In this document: positions 53,905 through 62,395 of the stretch, piece by piece
Position numbering within the stretch: the stretch's first letter is position 1
Layout: the number at the start of each line of letters is the position of its first letter
IMG/VR virus record: IMGVR_UViG_3300043787_000133
Location: 3,667-67,666 of that record
Source of the DNA: a virus
Reading direction: 5' to 3' (one strand)
DNA length: 64,000 nucleotides
Notes under the pieces: generated by a model
Told to the model about the DNA's origin: nothing
The model's database searches: none
The model's input: the letters and a program-made list of their open reading frames with translations, nothing else
Made by a program: the position numbers and the translations under genes

Positions 53905-54169
53905 GCAGCAGCCCGCGACGGCCGCCCGGACCCGCTACCAGGGCCGGGCGGCCGTCGCCGTGATACTCGGCGCTACCCCCGACCTGCTCGCGCACTGGAT
54001 GCGCCGCCACCCGGAAGGCATGCCCGAGCCTGACGCAGAAGAGGAGAGGCCCGGCGGCGACCTCGTCCCGCTCTGGCTGCCCGGGCGCGACGCCGAATGG
54101 CACGCGTGGCGCGCATCGTTCCCCGGCCGCACAGGACGGCCACGCAAGGGAGACACTTCAGCCGACTGA
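53894..54169 (+). CDS. HTH DNA-binding protein with AT-hook-like GRPRK tail
   Basis: Y.G.AAVA.ILG.....L..W.RR....P.PD...LW....EW..W....PGR.GRPRK. Confidence 0.7.
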   Translation: MQPEQQPATAARTRYQGRAAVAVILGATPDLLAHWMRRHPEGMPEPDAEEERPGGDLVPLWLPGRDAEWHAWRASFPGRTGRPRKGDTSAD

Positions 54170-54210
54170 TGCCAGGCTCAATGACCTGCCCGGATTTCCC
54201 GGTCAACGAT

Positions 54211-55239
54211 CTAGAGCGCGATCAGCGGCGCAAGCTCGGCCAGCTCGCCAGCGCCCGCCGCAGCCTCCCCGGCCCCGGCAGCCTCGCCGCCGCCGCTCAT
54301 GCCCTTCATCAGCGACCGCGCGCCCTGCCACTCCAGGGCCTTGCCCGCCGGGCCCGCGCCGCCCGAGGAACTTCCGGAAGAGCCGCTGTCGGTCATCGGG
54401 CCGTTGCCCATCACGGAGTCGGTCAGGTCAGCGCGGCGCAGGTAGCGCGAGACCACCTTGCGGCCCAGGCGCTCGCACTCGGAGGCAGGCAGCCCCGGGT
54501 TCGCCTCGGCGATCATCGCGGTCACCCGCAGCACCCGGGCGTGCACCGGGTCGCGGCTGGCCGTCGAGGACACCCCCGGCCGGCTGGTCGGCTGGCCGAC
54601 GGGAGCGACCCCGCCGCCGCCCTGCGTCCCCGCCGGGATGCTCGGGGTGAGGCCCCCGCTCCCCGACGACGGCAGGCCCATGTCCACCGACCCGTCCCCC
54701 GTGCCGACGTCCGGCGGCATGTACGGCGACATCATCATCGACTCGGGGTTCGCGTCCGCCCGCCGGCGCAGCGAGCCGGCCGCCTGCGTCACCGCGCCGG
54801 GCGTGTCCGCCCGCACCTGGGTCACCTGCGGGCTGGGGCCGCCCGGAGCGCCCATCGGCACCTCGGAGTAGCCGCCCCTGAAGTCCGGCCCCTCGTCGTG
54901 CTCGTCAGGCTTCTCCGGCCCCTGGCCGTAGCCGCCGCCGTTCAGCAGCGGCTCCAGCGAGATCACCGGGTCCGTGCCCTCAGTGAGGGCCTCGCGGTAC
55001 AGCTCGTAGCGCCTGCGCGCCGTGGCAGCCAGGTCGTCGTACTCGATCCCGTTGCGGGCCGCTATCGCCTCAAACTGCTGGCTCATGAGGGACGAGCGGT
55101 GCGCGAACTCCTCGGGGGTCCGCGCGGCGAGCAGGAAAGGGAAGACCTGCTCCATCTCCGCGTCCGCCCTGGCGATAGCCGCCTCCCGGGCGAATGAGTC
55201 GTGGTCCTCGCTGGCAATCACCCAAAGGTCGTCCGTCAT
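54211..55239 (-). CDS. putative internal virion protein
   Basis: LW..AS.D, FPFL..A....EF.HR; low-complexity Gly/Pro; ATGA-coupled. Confidence 0.7.
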   Translation of the reverse strand: MTDDLWVIASEDHDSFAREAAIARADAEMEQVFPFLLAARTPEEFAHRSSLMSQQFEAIAARNGIEYDDLAATARRRYELYREALTEGTDPVISLEPLLNGGGYGQGPEKPDEHDEGPDFRGGYSEVPMGAPGGPSPQVTQVRADTPGAVTQAAGSLRRRADANPESMMMSPYMPPDVGTGDGSVDMGLPSSGSGGLTPSIPAGTQGGGGVAPVGQPTSRPGVSSTASRDPVHARVLRVTAMIAEANPGLPASECERLGRKVVSRYLRRADLTDSVMGNGPMTDSGSSGSSSGGAGPAGKALEWQGARSLMKGMSGGGEAAGAGEAAAGAGELAELAPLIAL

Positions 55240-58001
55240 TCCCAGTCCTCCACGTTCCACGGGTTGTGAGCCAGCTCGGCAGGATCGTGATCATGAGCGA
55301 AGTCGTAGTCCTCGTGCAGGACCTGGTGCCATCCTCGCGGGTCAGGATGCCCCTGGGCCGGAAGCATGTGATCGTGCTCCAGGTGGTCTACCAGCCCTTC
55401 GCGGCTCATCATCGACACCTTCGCAAGACTAGCCCGCACCGTGCGCCGGAATGCCGCCAGGCGGTCGTTGCCGTGCGGGTCGCCCCGGTAGGCGTCGCGG
55501 TTGGTGTAGCCGCCCCGGTCAGCCGAGTTAGGCGCCGCCGGCGCAAGCGTGACGTTCTCGGGGTGCACCCCGGAGAACGTCTGCACCATCGGGCCGTCCG
55601 GCTGCGGCTGCCGCTGCGGCTGGCCCATCACGTCGTCCGGCACCACCGGGCCGCCCGGGAGCGGCGGAGCCCCCTGGTACGGCGGGGCACCGCCCGGCAC
55701 GGCCGCCTGCGACAGGCCGCCCATCGGCGGCGGCGAGCCCGGACCGTTCAGCGGGGTGGAACCCATCGGGTCGGGCGACGTGCCCGGCCCGTCGGTGATC
55801 AGGTCGGTGGACACCCCGCCCTCGGCCTGGAGGTAGGTGCTCCTGGGCGCCCGGCCGCGCGCTGCCTCGTGCCTGCGGGTGAAGTCCTGGTGCAGCATCA
55901 TCCGGCGGCTCAGCTCCGGATGGGTGCCGGAGCGCGCCATGTGCTCGGTGAACCAGCGCTGCTGCACCCCGGGGTGGTCGGTTATCCCCGCGTACAGGCC
56001 GGCCTCGAACCGCGCCGAGCCCTTCCCCGCCAGCCGCTGGCCCGGATGCCACTTACGGGCGAAAAGGTAGCCCTTGCGGAAGTCGGGGTCGTCCATCAGC
56101 GAGTCGGGGGCGAACGCGGCCGACACCCGGCGCAGCGACGAGGTCTTCCAGGTGGCGCCCGAGCGTCCCCCGGTGCCCTCGCCTTCGAGCTTCTCGTCGC
56201 CGGGAGCGCCGCTGACGTTCCGGCCGCCCGTGACGTCGTGCTGGCGCTCCAGGTTGTCCCGGGCGTCCTCCCAGGCATCCTGAGCCGAGGCGGCGCGCCG
56301 CGACGCGCGGGCCACCTGGAAGTGCTCCCTGGCCTCGTTCGAGTTCTTGAGCTGCCCGGAGTCCCCGCCCATCGAGAAGGGGACGTCCTGCGGCCCGGAG
56401 GGGCTCTGCGCGGCCCCGTAGCCCTGGGCGTAGCCCTTGACGTACGGCGAGACCGCCGAGCTGTTGTCGGCGAACAGGGGGCGCTCCCCGGCGGTCCTGT
56501 CGGCCTGCCCGGCGCTCACCCCCGCCTGGAAGTCAGGCGACTTCTCCGACATGTTCTGCGACCACGGGTCAGGCGTGGTCGCCGGGCTGCTGAACGGCTC
56601 GGCGAAGTCGTCGGTGGTCCGGTGCGGCTGCGTCCAGGTGTCCGCCTCCCGGCGCAGCGACGCGGTGGTCTGGCCGCCGTCGTCGGCGCGGTACAGGGAG
56701 TTGCTCTGCCCGTGCATGGCGCGGCCCTGGGAGTAGGCCGCCAGGTAGTGGGAGTGCAGGTCGGGACGCCCGGTCTTCTCGCCGTACTCCTGCTTCGTCA
56801 GCGGTGCGCGGCCGACCAGACCGTGGATCAGCCCGGCGGTCTGGTTCCAGCCCTCCAGGTAGCGGCGGTGCTTCTGCTTCGACGCGCCGAAGGAGTCCTT
56901 GTGCTCGGGCTGCTGGTTGTTCATCGCGTCGGCGCGGCCGAGCATGTCCGCGCCGGTCGAGGACACCTGGGCGTAGGCGGTGCGGCGCAGCATCGCCTTG
57001 TTGCGCCACCCGAAGATCGGGTCGTACTCCGTCTCGGACTCCGGCGGACGGCCGCCCCGCGACGGGTTGGTGAACCCCTCGCCGTAGGGGTCGTAGTGGG
57101 TGCCCTCGCCGGACAGGCCCGACTCGGTGCCCGGGTCGATGCCCCGGGCGAACGATGGAGCGGCAGGCCGCGACGGGCGCGGCGCGGGAGCCTGGCGGGG
57201 AGCCGGGCGCGACGGCCGGTCCGGGCGGGCGAACTCCGAGGTGGCCAGCGGCCCTTCGAGCTGGACGCGGCGGGCGAACCTGTCCGGGTTGAAGGTGCGG
57301 TTCCCGTTGTAGTTGAAGGCCGACCCGGCGTGCATCGCGCCGGCGATCGTCGGCACGACGTGGTTGTGGAAGTCCTCGTCGGAGATCGCCCCGGAGTACC
57401 GCGTCCCGCGCAGCATGTCCGCAACGGCGTCGTGGTGGCCCTGGGTGTACCCGGGATGGCGGCCCCGGCTCCGCCAGGAGTAGGAGCCCGGGTCGGTGGC
57501 CGCGCCGATGAACTTGTCCCGGTCGAACGGGCCGAGGCCGTTCGAGCCGGTGCCCGGCATCTGGCGGCCGAACGACTCGGCGACCGGCCCGCGCAGGTGC
57601 TCGGGCAGCGTGGAGATCGTCGCGGCCAGGTCCTCGTAGTGCTTGCGCGACCAGGCGACCGCCGTCACCTGGAAGGCCCCGGTGCGCGGCTGCGGGCCGT
57701 CCGGCCCGGTGGACCACTGCTGGCTGAACGTGGACTGCGGCGAGTTGTCGCCGACGGGGAACGCCACCCCGACGGGCAGCTCGTCGCCCTCAGGGTCAGG
57801 GTTGTTGCTGGGGTCAGTGTGCTGCTGGATCTGCGGGAGCCCCGAGGCCGCCTGGGAGCGCATCGGGCGGCCGTCGGTGGACCACCAGTCGTGGTCGGTG
57901 TCGCCCTCGGGCGTCGAGTCGTCGTCCCCGTCGCGGTCAGGGTCGGAGGCGAGCGCCCACATCAGGCCCTCGCGCACCCGGGGGTATGCGGGCTGCGCCA
58001 T
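55236..58001 (-). CDS. large modular putative internal virion protein
   Basis: 921-aa GC3-rich ORF; DPDRDGDDD...GDTDHD motif; DFRKGY.FA.KW. Confidence 0.75.
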   Translation of the reverse strand: MAQPAYPRVREGLMWALASDPDRDGDDDSTPEGDTDHDWWSTDGRPMRSQAASGLPQIQQHTDPSNNPDPEGDELPVGVAFPVGDNSPQSTFSQQWSTGPDGPQPRTGAFQVTAVAWSRKHYEDLAATISTLPEHLRGPVAESFGRQMPGTGSNGLGPFDRDKFIGAATDPGSYSWRSRGRHPGYTQGHHDAVADMLRGTRYSGAISDEDFHNHVVPTIAGAMHAGSAFNYNGNRTFNPDRFARRVQLEGPLATSEFARPDRPSRPAPRQAPAPRPSRPAAPSFARGIDPGTESGLSGEGTHYDPYGEGFTNPSRGGRPPESETEYDPIFGWRNKAMLRRTAYAQVSSTGADMLGRADAMNNQQPEHKDSFGASKQKHRRYLEGWNQTAGLIHGLVGRAPLTKQEYGEKTGRPDLHSHYLAAYSQGRAMHGQSNSLYRADDGGQTTASLRREADTWTQPHRTTDDFAEPFSSPATTPDPWSQNMSEKSPDFQAGVSAGQADRTAGERPLFADNSSAVSPYVKGYAQGYGAAQSPSGPQDVPFSMGGDSGQLKNSNEAREHFQVARASRRAASAQDAWEDARDNLERQHDVTGGRNVSGAPGDEKLEGEGTGGRSGATWKTSSLRRVSAAFAPDSLMDDPDFRKGYLFARKWHPGQRLAGKGSARFEAGLYAGITDHPGVQQRWFTEHMARSGTHPELSRRMMLHQDFTRRHEAARGRAPRSTYLQAEGGVSTDLITDGPGTSPDPMGSTPLNGPGSPPPMGGLSQAAVPGGAPPYQGAPPLPGGPVVPDDVMGQPQRQPQPDGPMVQTFSGVHPENVTLAPAAPNSADRGGYTNRDAYRGDPHGNDRLAAFRRTVRASLAKVSMMSREGLVDHLEHDHMLPAQGHPDPRGWHQVLHEDYDFAHDHDPAELAHNPWNVEDWE

Positions 58002-59549
58002 CTACTTGCCCTTCCTGCCCTTGGACTTGGACTCGACGCCCACCGGGGCGACGCCGTACTCCTTGGCCATCTCGTCGATGTACTTCACGACCTTGCCCTT
58101 GGGCTCGTTCGTCCGGCCGATGTCGTGCTTGGCGTTCTCCACGTCGGCCGGCCCGTTGACCGGGAACTTGTCCTTGGTCCCGGGCAGGTGGTGCTTGGCG
58201 GTGCCGCGCTCCTTCTCGGTGACCCCGCCGGCCGCCAGGCCCTTCGCGGCGGTGCGCGGCCCTCTCGGGTGCTTGGCGCACGCGCAGTCCCGGTCGGTGC
58301 AGTTCCCGCAGTCGCCGCCCTTGCAGGCGGTGCAGTGGATCTCGGCGAGCACCGGCCGCACGACGGCCATGAAGCCGTGCAGGACGGCGGTGTCGTCCAT
58401 GGTGCGGTCGCTCTGCCCCCACGCGGAGGCGAAGCGGTTGTGGGCGTCGCCCAGCTCGGCGGCCGAGTGGCTCGCGGTGATGGCGCGCAGCCCCTCGCGG
58501 ACGCCGACCGCCTCGCACTGGGCGGCGCGCCGGGCGGCGTCCAGGTCCATCAGGTAGCCGACGGCCACCGAGGAGGTGACGGCGATCCCGCCGCAGGACT
58601 CGTCGGGCCAGTGGCCGCTGCCGCACCGCTCGTGGAACGGGTGCATGACGTCAGGCTGCATCGCCCAGCGGTAGCCGAACGGGTCGGGCAGCGAGTAGCC
58701 GTCGATCACGGCGGCGACCGCCTGGCGGTGCTCAGCGCCCGCGTCCTGCTGCGTCCCGGCGACGGGGTTAGGGTGGCTCGACCCCGTCGAGTCGGTGGCG
58801 ACGGGCGCGACGGGGATCTGGCCGGGCGGCCCCAGCGGCACCTCGGCGTAGGAGTCGGCGGTGTCGAAGCTGGTGGTGTGCGCGTCGGGCCGCTCGGGTC
58901 CCGCGCCGTACCCGGAGCCGCCCTGGTCCTGCTGCATCACCTGCTGGACCAGCGGGGCCTGCTGGCTGGAGATCTGCGAGTCGTGGTTGAAGCCCTCGAT
59001 CGGCGCGTTGAGCGGGTCCTGGTCCGGCGCGAACGTCGGGAACACCTGCGTGGGGTAGGGCGTCTGCTGCGGCTGGTTGTTCGGGTCGATGAGCTGGTCG
59101 ATCTGCGGGAGGCCCGAGGCCCCCTGGGCGTGCAGGTAGGCGACCACCTGGAGGAACTCGTTCTTGGCCGCGCCCATCTTCAGCCCGTACCCGGACGCCA
59201 GGGTGCGCGCCCGGCCGTCAGCCTGGGCGGCCAGCTCGGAGGCGTCGGCGCGCACGGCCGGGTCGAGCCCCCGGTACCAGACCGACGCCTCGGCGATCAT
59301 CGCGGTGCGGTAGTCGCCGGACGGCTCGTACTCGGCAAGCCAGTCGGTGGCCGCCGTGTGGTGCTCGTGGAGCGGGGCCGGCGTGAGCCGCTGCGCGGCG
59401 ATCCGCGCGCCGAGGTCGGTGGCGCGGTCCTCGTCGGCGAGTGCCGCCTGCCGCCGGTCGAACAGGTCGAGGGCCGCCACCGCCTGAGCGGCCTCCTGGC
59501 CCGTGGACGCCTGGCGGATCATCCGCACCAGGTCGCTGCGGTTGGTCAT
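58002..59549 (-). CDS. large putative internal virion protein
   Basis: RBS GGGAGG before ATG 59549; HHTAATDWL, EAS.WY; C-terminal KFPV....DV.NA domain. Confidence 0.75.
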   Translation of the reverse strand: MTNRSDLVRMIRQASTGQEAAQAVAALDLFDRRQAALADEDRATDLGARIAAQRLTPAPLHEHHTAATDWLAEYEPSGDYRTAMIAEASVWYRGLDPAVRADASELAAQADGRARTLASGYGLKMGAAKNEFLQVVAYLHAQGASGLPQIDQLIDPNNQPQQTPYPTQVFPTFAPDQDPLNAPIEGFNHDSQISSQQAPLVQQVMQQDQGGSGYGAGPERPDAHTTSFDTADSYAEVPLGPPGQIPVAPVATDSTGSSHPNPVAGTQQDAGAEHRQAVAAVIDGYSLPDPFGYRWAMQPDVMHPFHERCGSGHWPDESCGGIAVTSSVAVGYLMDLDAARRAAQCEAVGVREGLRAITASHSAAELGDAHNRFASAWGQSDRTMDDTAVLHGFMAVVRPVLAEIHCTACKGGDCGNCTDRDCACAKHPRGPRTAAKGLAAGGVTEKERGTAKHHLPGTKDKFPVNGPADVENAKHDIGRTNEPKGKVVKYIDEMAKEYGVAPVGVESKSKGRKGK

Positions 59550-59739
59550 CAGCCCTCCCGTGGGTTCCTGTACCTTCTGCGGCCAGGTCACGGGACAGGG
59601 TTGTCCGAAGGTAACGGGAAGGTCGCACAGTAGATCACGGGAAGGTAACAGCGACCGCCTGCCTGCGAGGAAGGCGCGCTCCTTCTCGTCGAAGGCCAGC
59701 AGGTAAAGACGCAGCCGGGCGAACAGCATCACGGTCCGG

Positions 59740-60264
59740 TCACGGCGCTTCCAGGGGCGGTGGCCGCTCAAGCCGGCACCTGCCGTCCGCCACGTCCATG
59801 ATCACGGAAAGGTCACAGGTTCTCAGGGGAGGCATCCGGCCCGCGTCCAGGAAGTCCAGCCACATGCCCGCCACCTCCGAGGCGGCCAGGCCGTTCTTCA
59901 CCCGCTCGGCGGACCACCCGGGCATCCGGCCGTACCACTGGCGGCGTCCGGTGTCCGGCTTCCGGACGGGCTCCAGGCCGCGCCCGACGGCAAGGGCGAC
60001 CAGCGCCCGGAGCTGCGAGCGGCTGAGCACCACCCGGGACCCGGCGGTGAGGATGTCACGGGCGGCCGTCAGCGGGTCGCTGTCGGTGCCCCGGCGGGCC
60101 GCCGCATCGGCCGACGCGCACCCCTGGTGGAGCTTCCTGCCGTAGAAGTACAGGTACTCCTCGCCCAGGGTGAACTCCGTCCCGCACCCGTCACACGTGA
60201 TCCCGGTTTCCCGGGCCGTCGCTGTCGCCACGAAAGCCTCCCGTGACTTCCGTGGCAAGCTCAC
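59740..60264 (-). CDS. hypothetical protein with CxxC...HxxC
   Basis: ORF in minus-strand operon. Confidence 0.6.
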   Translation of the reverse strand: MSLPRKSREAFVATATARETGITCDGCGTEFTLGEEYLYFYGRKLHQGCASADAAARRGTDSDPLTAARDILTAGSRVVLSRSQLRALVALAVGRGLEPVRKPDTGRRQWYGRMPGWSAERVKNGLAASEVAGMWLDFLDAGRMPPLRTCDLSVIMDVADGRCRLERPPPLEAP

Positions 60265-60532
60265 CGGGTTCCTCGGGGAGGGGCACGCGGAACGAGCGGA
60301 GGATCATCTCCGCCAGCTCGGCGCGCACCGCGTGGCGGGCCTGGACCATGAACTCCAGGGCCTCGCCGTGCACCCGCCGGCCGGCGGCGAGCACCGGCCC
60401 GTCGAGGGCCTCGATGACGCGGTTCAGGTACTCCAGGCTCAGCACCAGGCCCCACAGCGCGGGCGCGGCCTTCGGCCAGTCCTTCGCGTCCGGCCCCTCG
60501 TGGAACGAGGGCTCCTCCTGCGGCTCGGTCAC
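60191..60532 (-). CDS. hypothetical protein
   Basis: GTGA-coupled to UDG gene. Confidence 0.55.
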   Translation of the reverse strand: MTEPQEEPSFHEGPDAKDWPKAAPALWGLVLSLEYLNRVIEALDGPVLAAGRRVHGEALEFMVQARHAVRAELAEMILRSFRVPLPEEPGELATEVTGGFRGDSDGPGNRDHV

Positions 60533-61119
60533 GCGGGCTGGCCCTGCGGCAGGGCCAGGCTCAGCGCCTCCGCCGTCGCCTTCTCCCACGCCTCGCGCTC
60601 GGCGCTGCTGCGCAGGTGCAGGAGGTAGCTCGGGTGGGGCACCGCCACCAGGCGGCGGCCGTCCAGTTCGTGCCACCTGAACCGCGCGTCCTCGAACGGG
60701 CCGAGGTCACCGCCGGTCAGGCCGCTCCACGCGACCGCGCCGGCCGCGACGACGACCACCGGGTCGATCAGGGCGACCTCGGCGGCGAGCCGCCTGCGCG
60801 ACGCCTGGACCTCGAACGGGTAAGGGGTGCGGTTGGCGGGGGGCCGCCACGGCAGCACGTTGGTGACGTAGCAGTAGTCCCACGGGATGCCCGCGACGGC
60901 GAGCTGCGACTGGAGCACCTTTCCCGCCGGGCCGACGAACGGGCGGCCGGCCAGGTCCTCCTTCTCGCCGGGGGCCTCGCCGACGACCACGACGGGAGCG
61001 TCGGGCATCCCGTGACCGGGAACCATCCGCCGGCCCTCGGCGATTCTCCTGAGCTGGCGCTGCGCGGCGTACTCCTCGTAGAGGGCCGCCATGCGCGCCT
61101 CGCGCCCTGCCTGGTCCAC
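60529..61119 (-). CDS. uracil-DNA glycosylase, family 4-like
   Basis: VGEAPG..ED..GRPFVG.AG, YVTNV...RPP.NR.P, HPSY; RBS GAGGAGG. Confidence 0.9.
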   Translation of the reverse strand: MDQAGREARMAALYEEYAAQRQLRRIAEGRRMVPGHGMPDAPVVVVGEAPGEKEDLAGRPFVGPAGKVLQSQLAVAGIPWDYCYVTNVLPWRPPANRTPYPFEVQASRRRLAAEVALIDPVVVVAAGAVAWSGLTGGDLGPFEDARFRWHELDGRRLVAVPHPSYLLHLRSSAEREAWEKATAEALSLALPQGQPA

Positions 61120-61260
61120 GTGTCCTCCTCCGGAAACGGCAGACCGGACGGCCCGGTATGGCACGGGACGCCCGGTCTGCGGCGCACGGCCATCGGTCCG
61201 GCCCTGCGTGCAAGGAACAAGCAGCTTCTTACGGAAGCGCCTGACTGATCTCAAGGGTAA

Positions 61261-61277
61261 TACAGCTTTTCTTGCTA
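61261..61277 (+). promoter_or_regulatory. 17-bp phage motif inside minus-strand promoter TTGTCT-17-TACCCT
   Basis: TACAGCTTTTCTTGCTA. Confidence 0.8.
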
Positions 61278-61544
61278 GACAACCCCGTTAGCGGGGTCCG
61301 GATGATCTTCTTCCCGGCCCCGGCTGTCCACCACGACGTGCCCGTCCACGTCCAGCACCAGCCACCTGCCCGGGTCGGCGTACTCCTCGCCCAGCAGCGT
61401 CCAGTCGGCCGGCCGCGCGGCGGTCCGCCACAGCTCCCAGCCGGAGACGCGGGAGCACGTCACCTGGAGCCCGTAGGGCAGGCTGAAGATCGAGGTGCGG
61501 CTGATGTCCGGGGTGGTGACGTGCAGGTCGTGGTAGGAGGGCAC
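61275..61544 (-). CDS. hypothetical protein
   Basis: abutting ORF. Confidence 0.55.
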   Translation of the reverse strand: MPSYHDLHVTTPDISRTSIFSLPYGLQVTCSRVSGWELWRTAARPADWTLLGEEYADPGRWLVLDVDGHVVVDSRGREEDHPDPANGVV

Positions 61545-61802
61545 CTAGCTTGCCGCCTCCGCGTCGCCGTAACAGCGGGCCATGTCCAGCGCGATCCTCA
61601 GCGTGAGGGTGTCGAGCGGCCCGGCCTCCCGCCAGGTCACGCCGCAGTACCCCTGGCAGACGCCGGCTCCGTCCTCGCCGAATACCGTGACCGCGCAGGC
61701 CTCGCTGGATGCCGGGAGCGGCCCGGCCGCCATGCACGTCAGGTGCATCTTGCCGCCCAGCAGCCTGATCGCCACGATCGGGACGCGGACGCCGGACGCC
61801 AT
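61545..61802 (-). CDS. hypothetical protein
   Basis: ORF in operon. Confidence 0.55.
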   Translation of the reverse strand: MASGVRVPIVAIRLLGGKMHLTCMAAGPLPASSEACAVTVFGEDGAGVCQGYCGVTWREAGPLDTLTLRIALDMARCYGDAEAAS

Positions 61803-61814
61803 GACGTACCCGGA

Positions 61815-62141
61815 TCACCCGGCCGTCCCGGTGGCGCGAGCCTCGTCCTTCCAGGCGATGCCCGCCTGCCCCGACCACTGCATCACCGTGTGGACGAACC
61901 GCCTCGCCGCCTCGTCCCAGCGGGACTCGTCGCCCTCCACCGCCAGGCGGCCGTCGCGCTCGAACATCGCCAGCAGCAGCGTCCCGTCGGCCGCCTTCAC
62001 CTCGAAGCGCCACGGCGGGGGCGCGGCCGGCACGGTGAACGTCTCGGGCAGCGGAACCCCCGCCGCGACGGACGACGGCATCCGGCGGGCGGGCGGCGTC
62101 AGCCGCATCCGCATCGGCTGCTCGGGATGCTGCGAGACCAT
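61815..62141 (-). CDS. hypothetical protein
   Basis: ORF; start uncertain. Confidence 0.5.
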   Translation of the reverse strand: MVSQHPEQPMRMRLTPPARRMPSSVAAGVPLPETFTVPAAPPPWRFEVKAADGTLLLAMFERDGRLAVEGDESRWDEAARRFVHTVMQWSGQAGIAWKDEARATGTAG

Positions 62142-62395
62142 AAGACCACCCCTGGGATCTGGTTGAACGGAGCGAACGGATCGGGATCACGGGCCATCGC
62201 CTGCCACCCTGGGTTCGCCTGCTCCCAGAGCTGGCGGCGGCGGATCGCCTCGTGCGTACGGGGACAGTGCGGCCCCGGGTGCAGCTCCGGGAGAGCGCAG
62301 AAGTAGTCCACCAGGCCGTCGGGGGTCTGCGGTTCCCGGCACGACCGCTGCGGGTGCTCCGCGAACTTCACCTCGGGCAGCTCGTCGTCAGCCAT
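62099..62395 (-). CDS. hypothetical protein (C...C.L.E.H.GPH)
   Basis: RBS GGAGG. Confidence 0.6.
   Translation of the reverse strand: MADDELPEVKFAEHPQRSCREPQTPDGLVDYFCALPELHPGPHCPRTHEAIRRRQLWEQANPGWQAMARDPDPFAPFNQIPGVVLWSRSIPSSRCGCG

Larger units (their letters stand above)
53502..54214. mobile_element. 713-bp cassette bounded by inverted repeats and CTAG; no transposase
   Basis: CTAGATCGTTGACCGGGAAAT at 53502-53522 and its exact reverse complement at 54194-54214; similarity extends to about 39 bp. Confidence 0.7.

Noticed and set aside
55194-59633. 1479-aa plus-strand ORF
   Set aside because: Antisense shadow of two in-frame minus-strand genes
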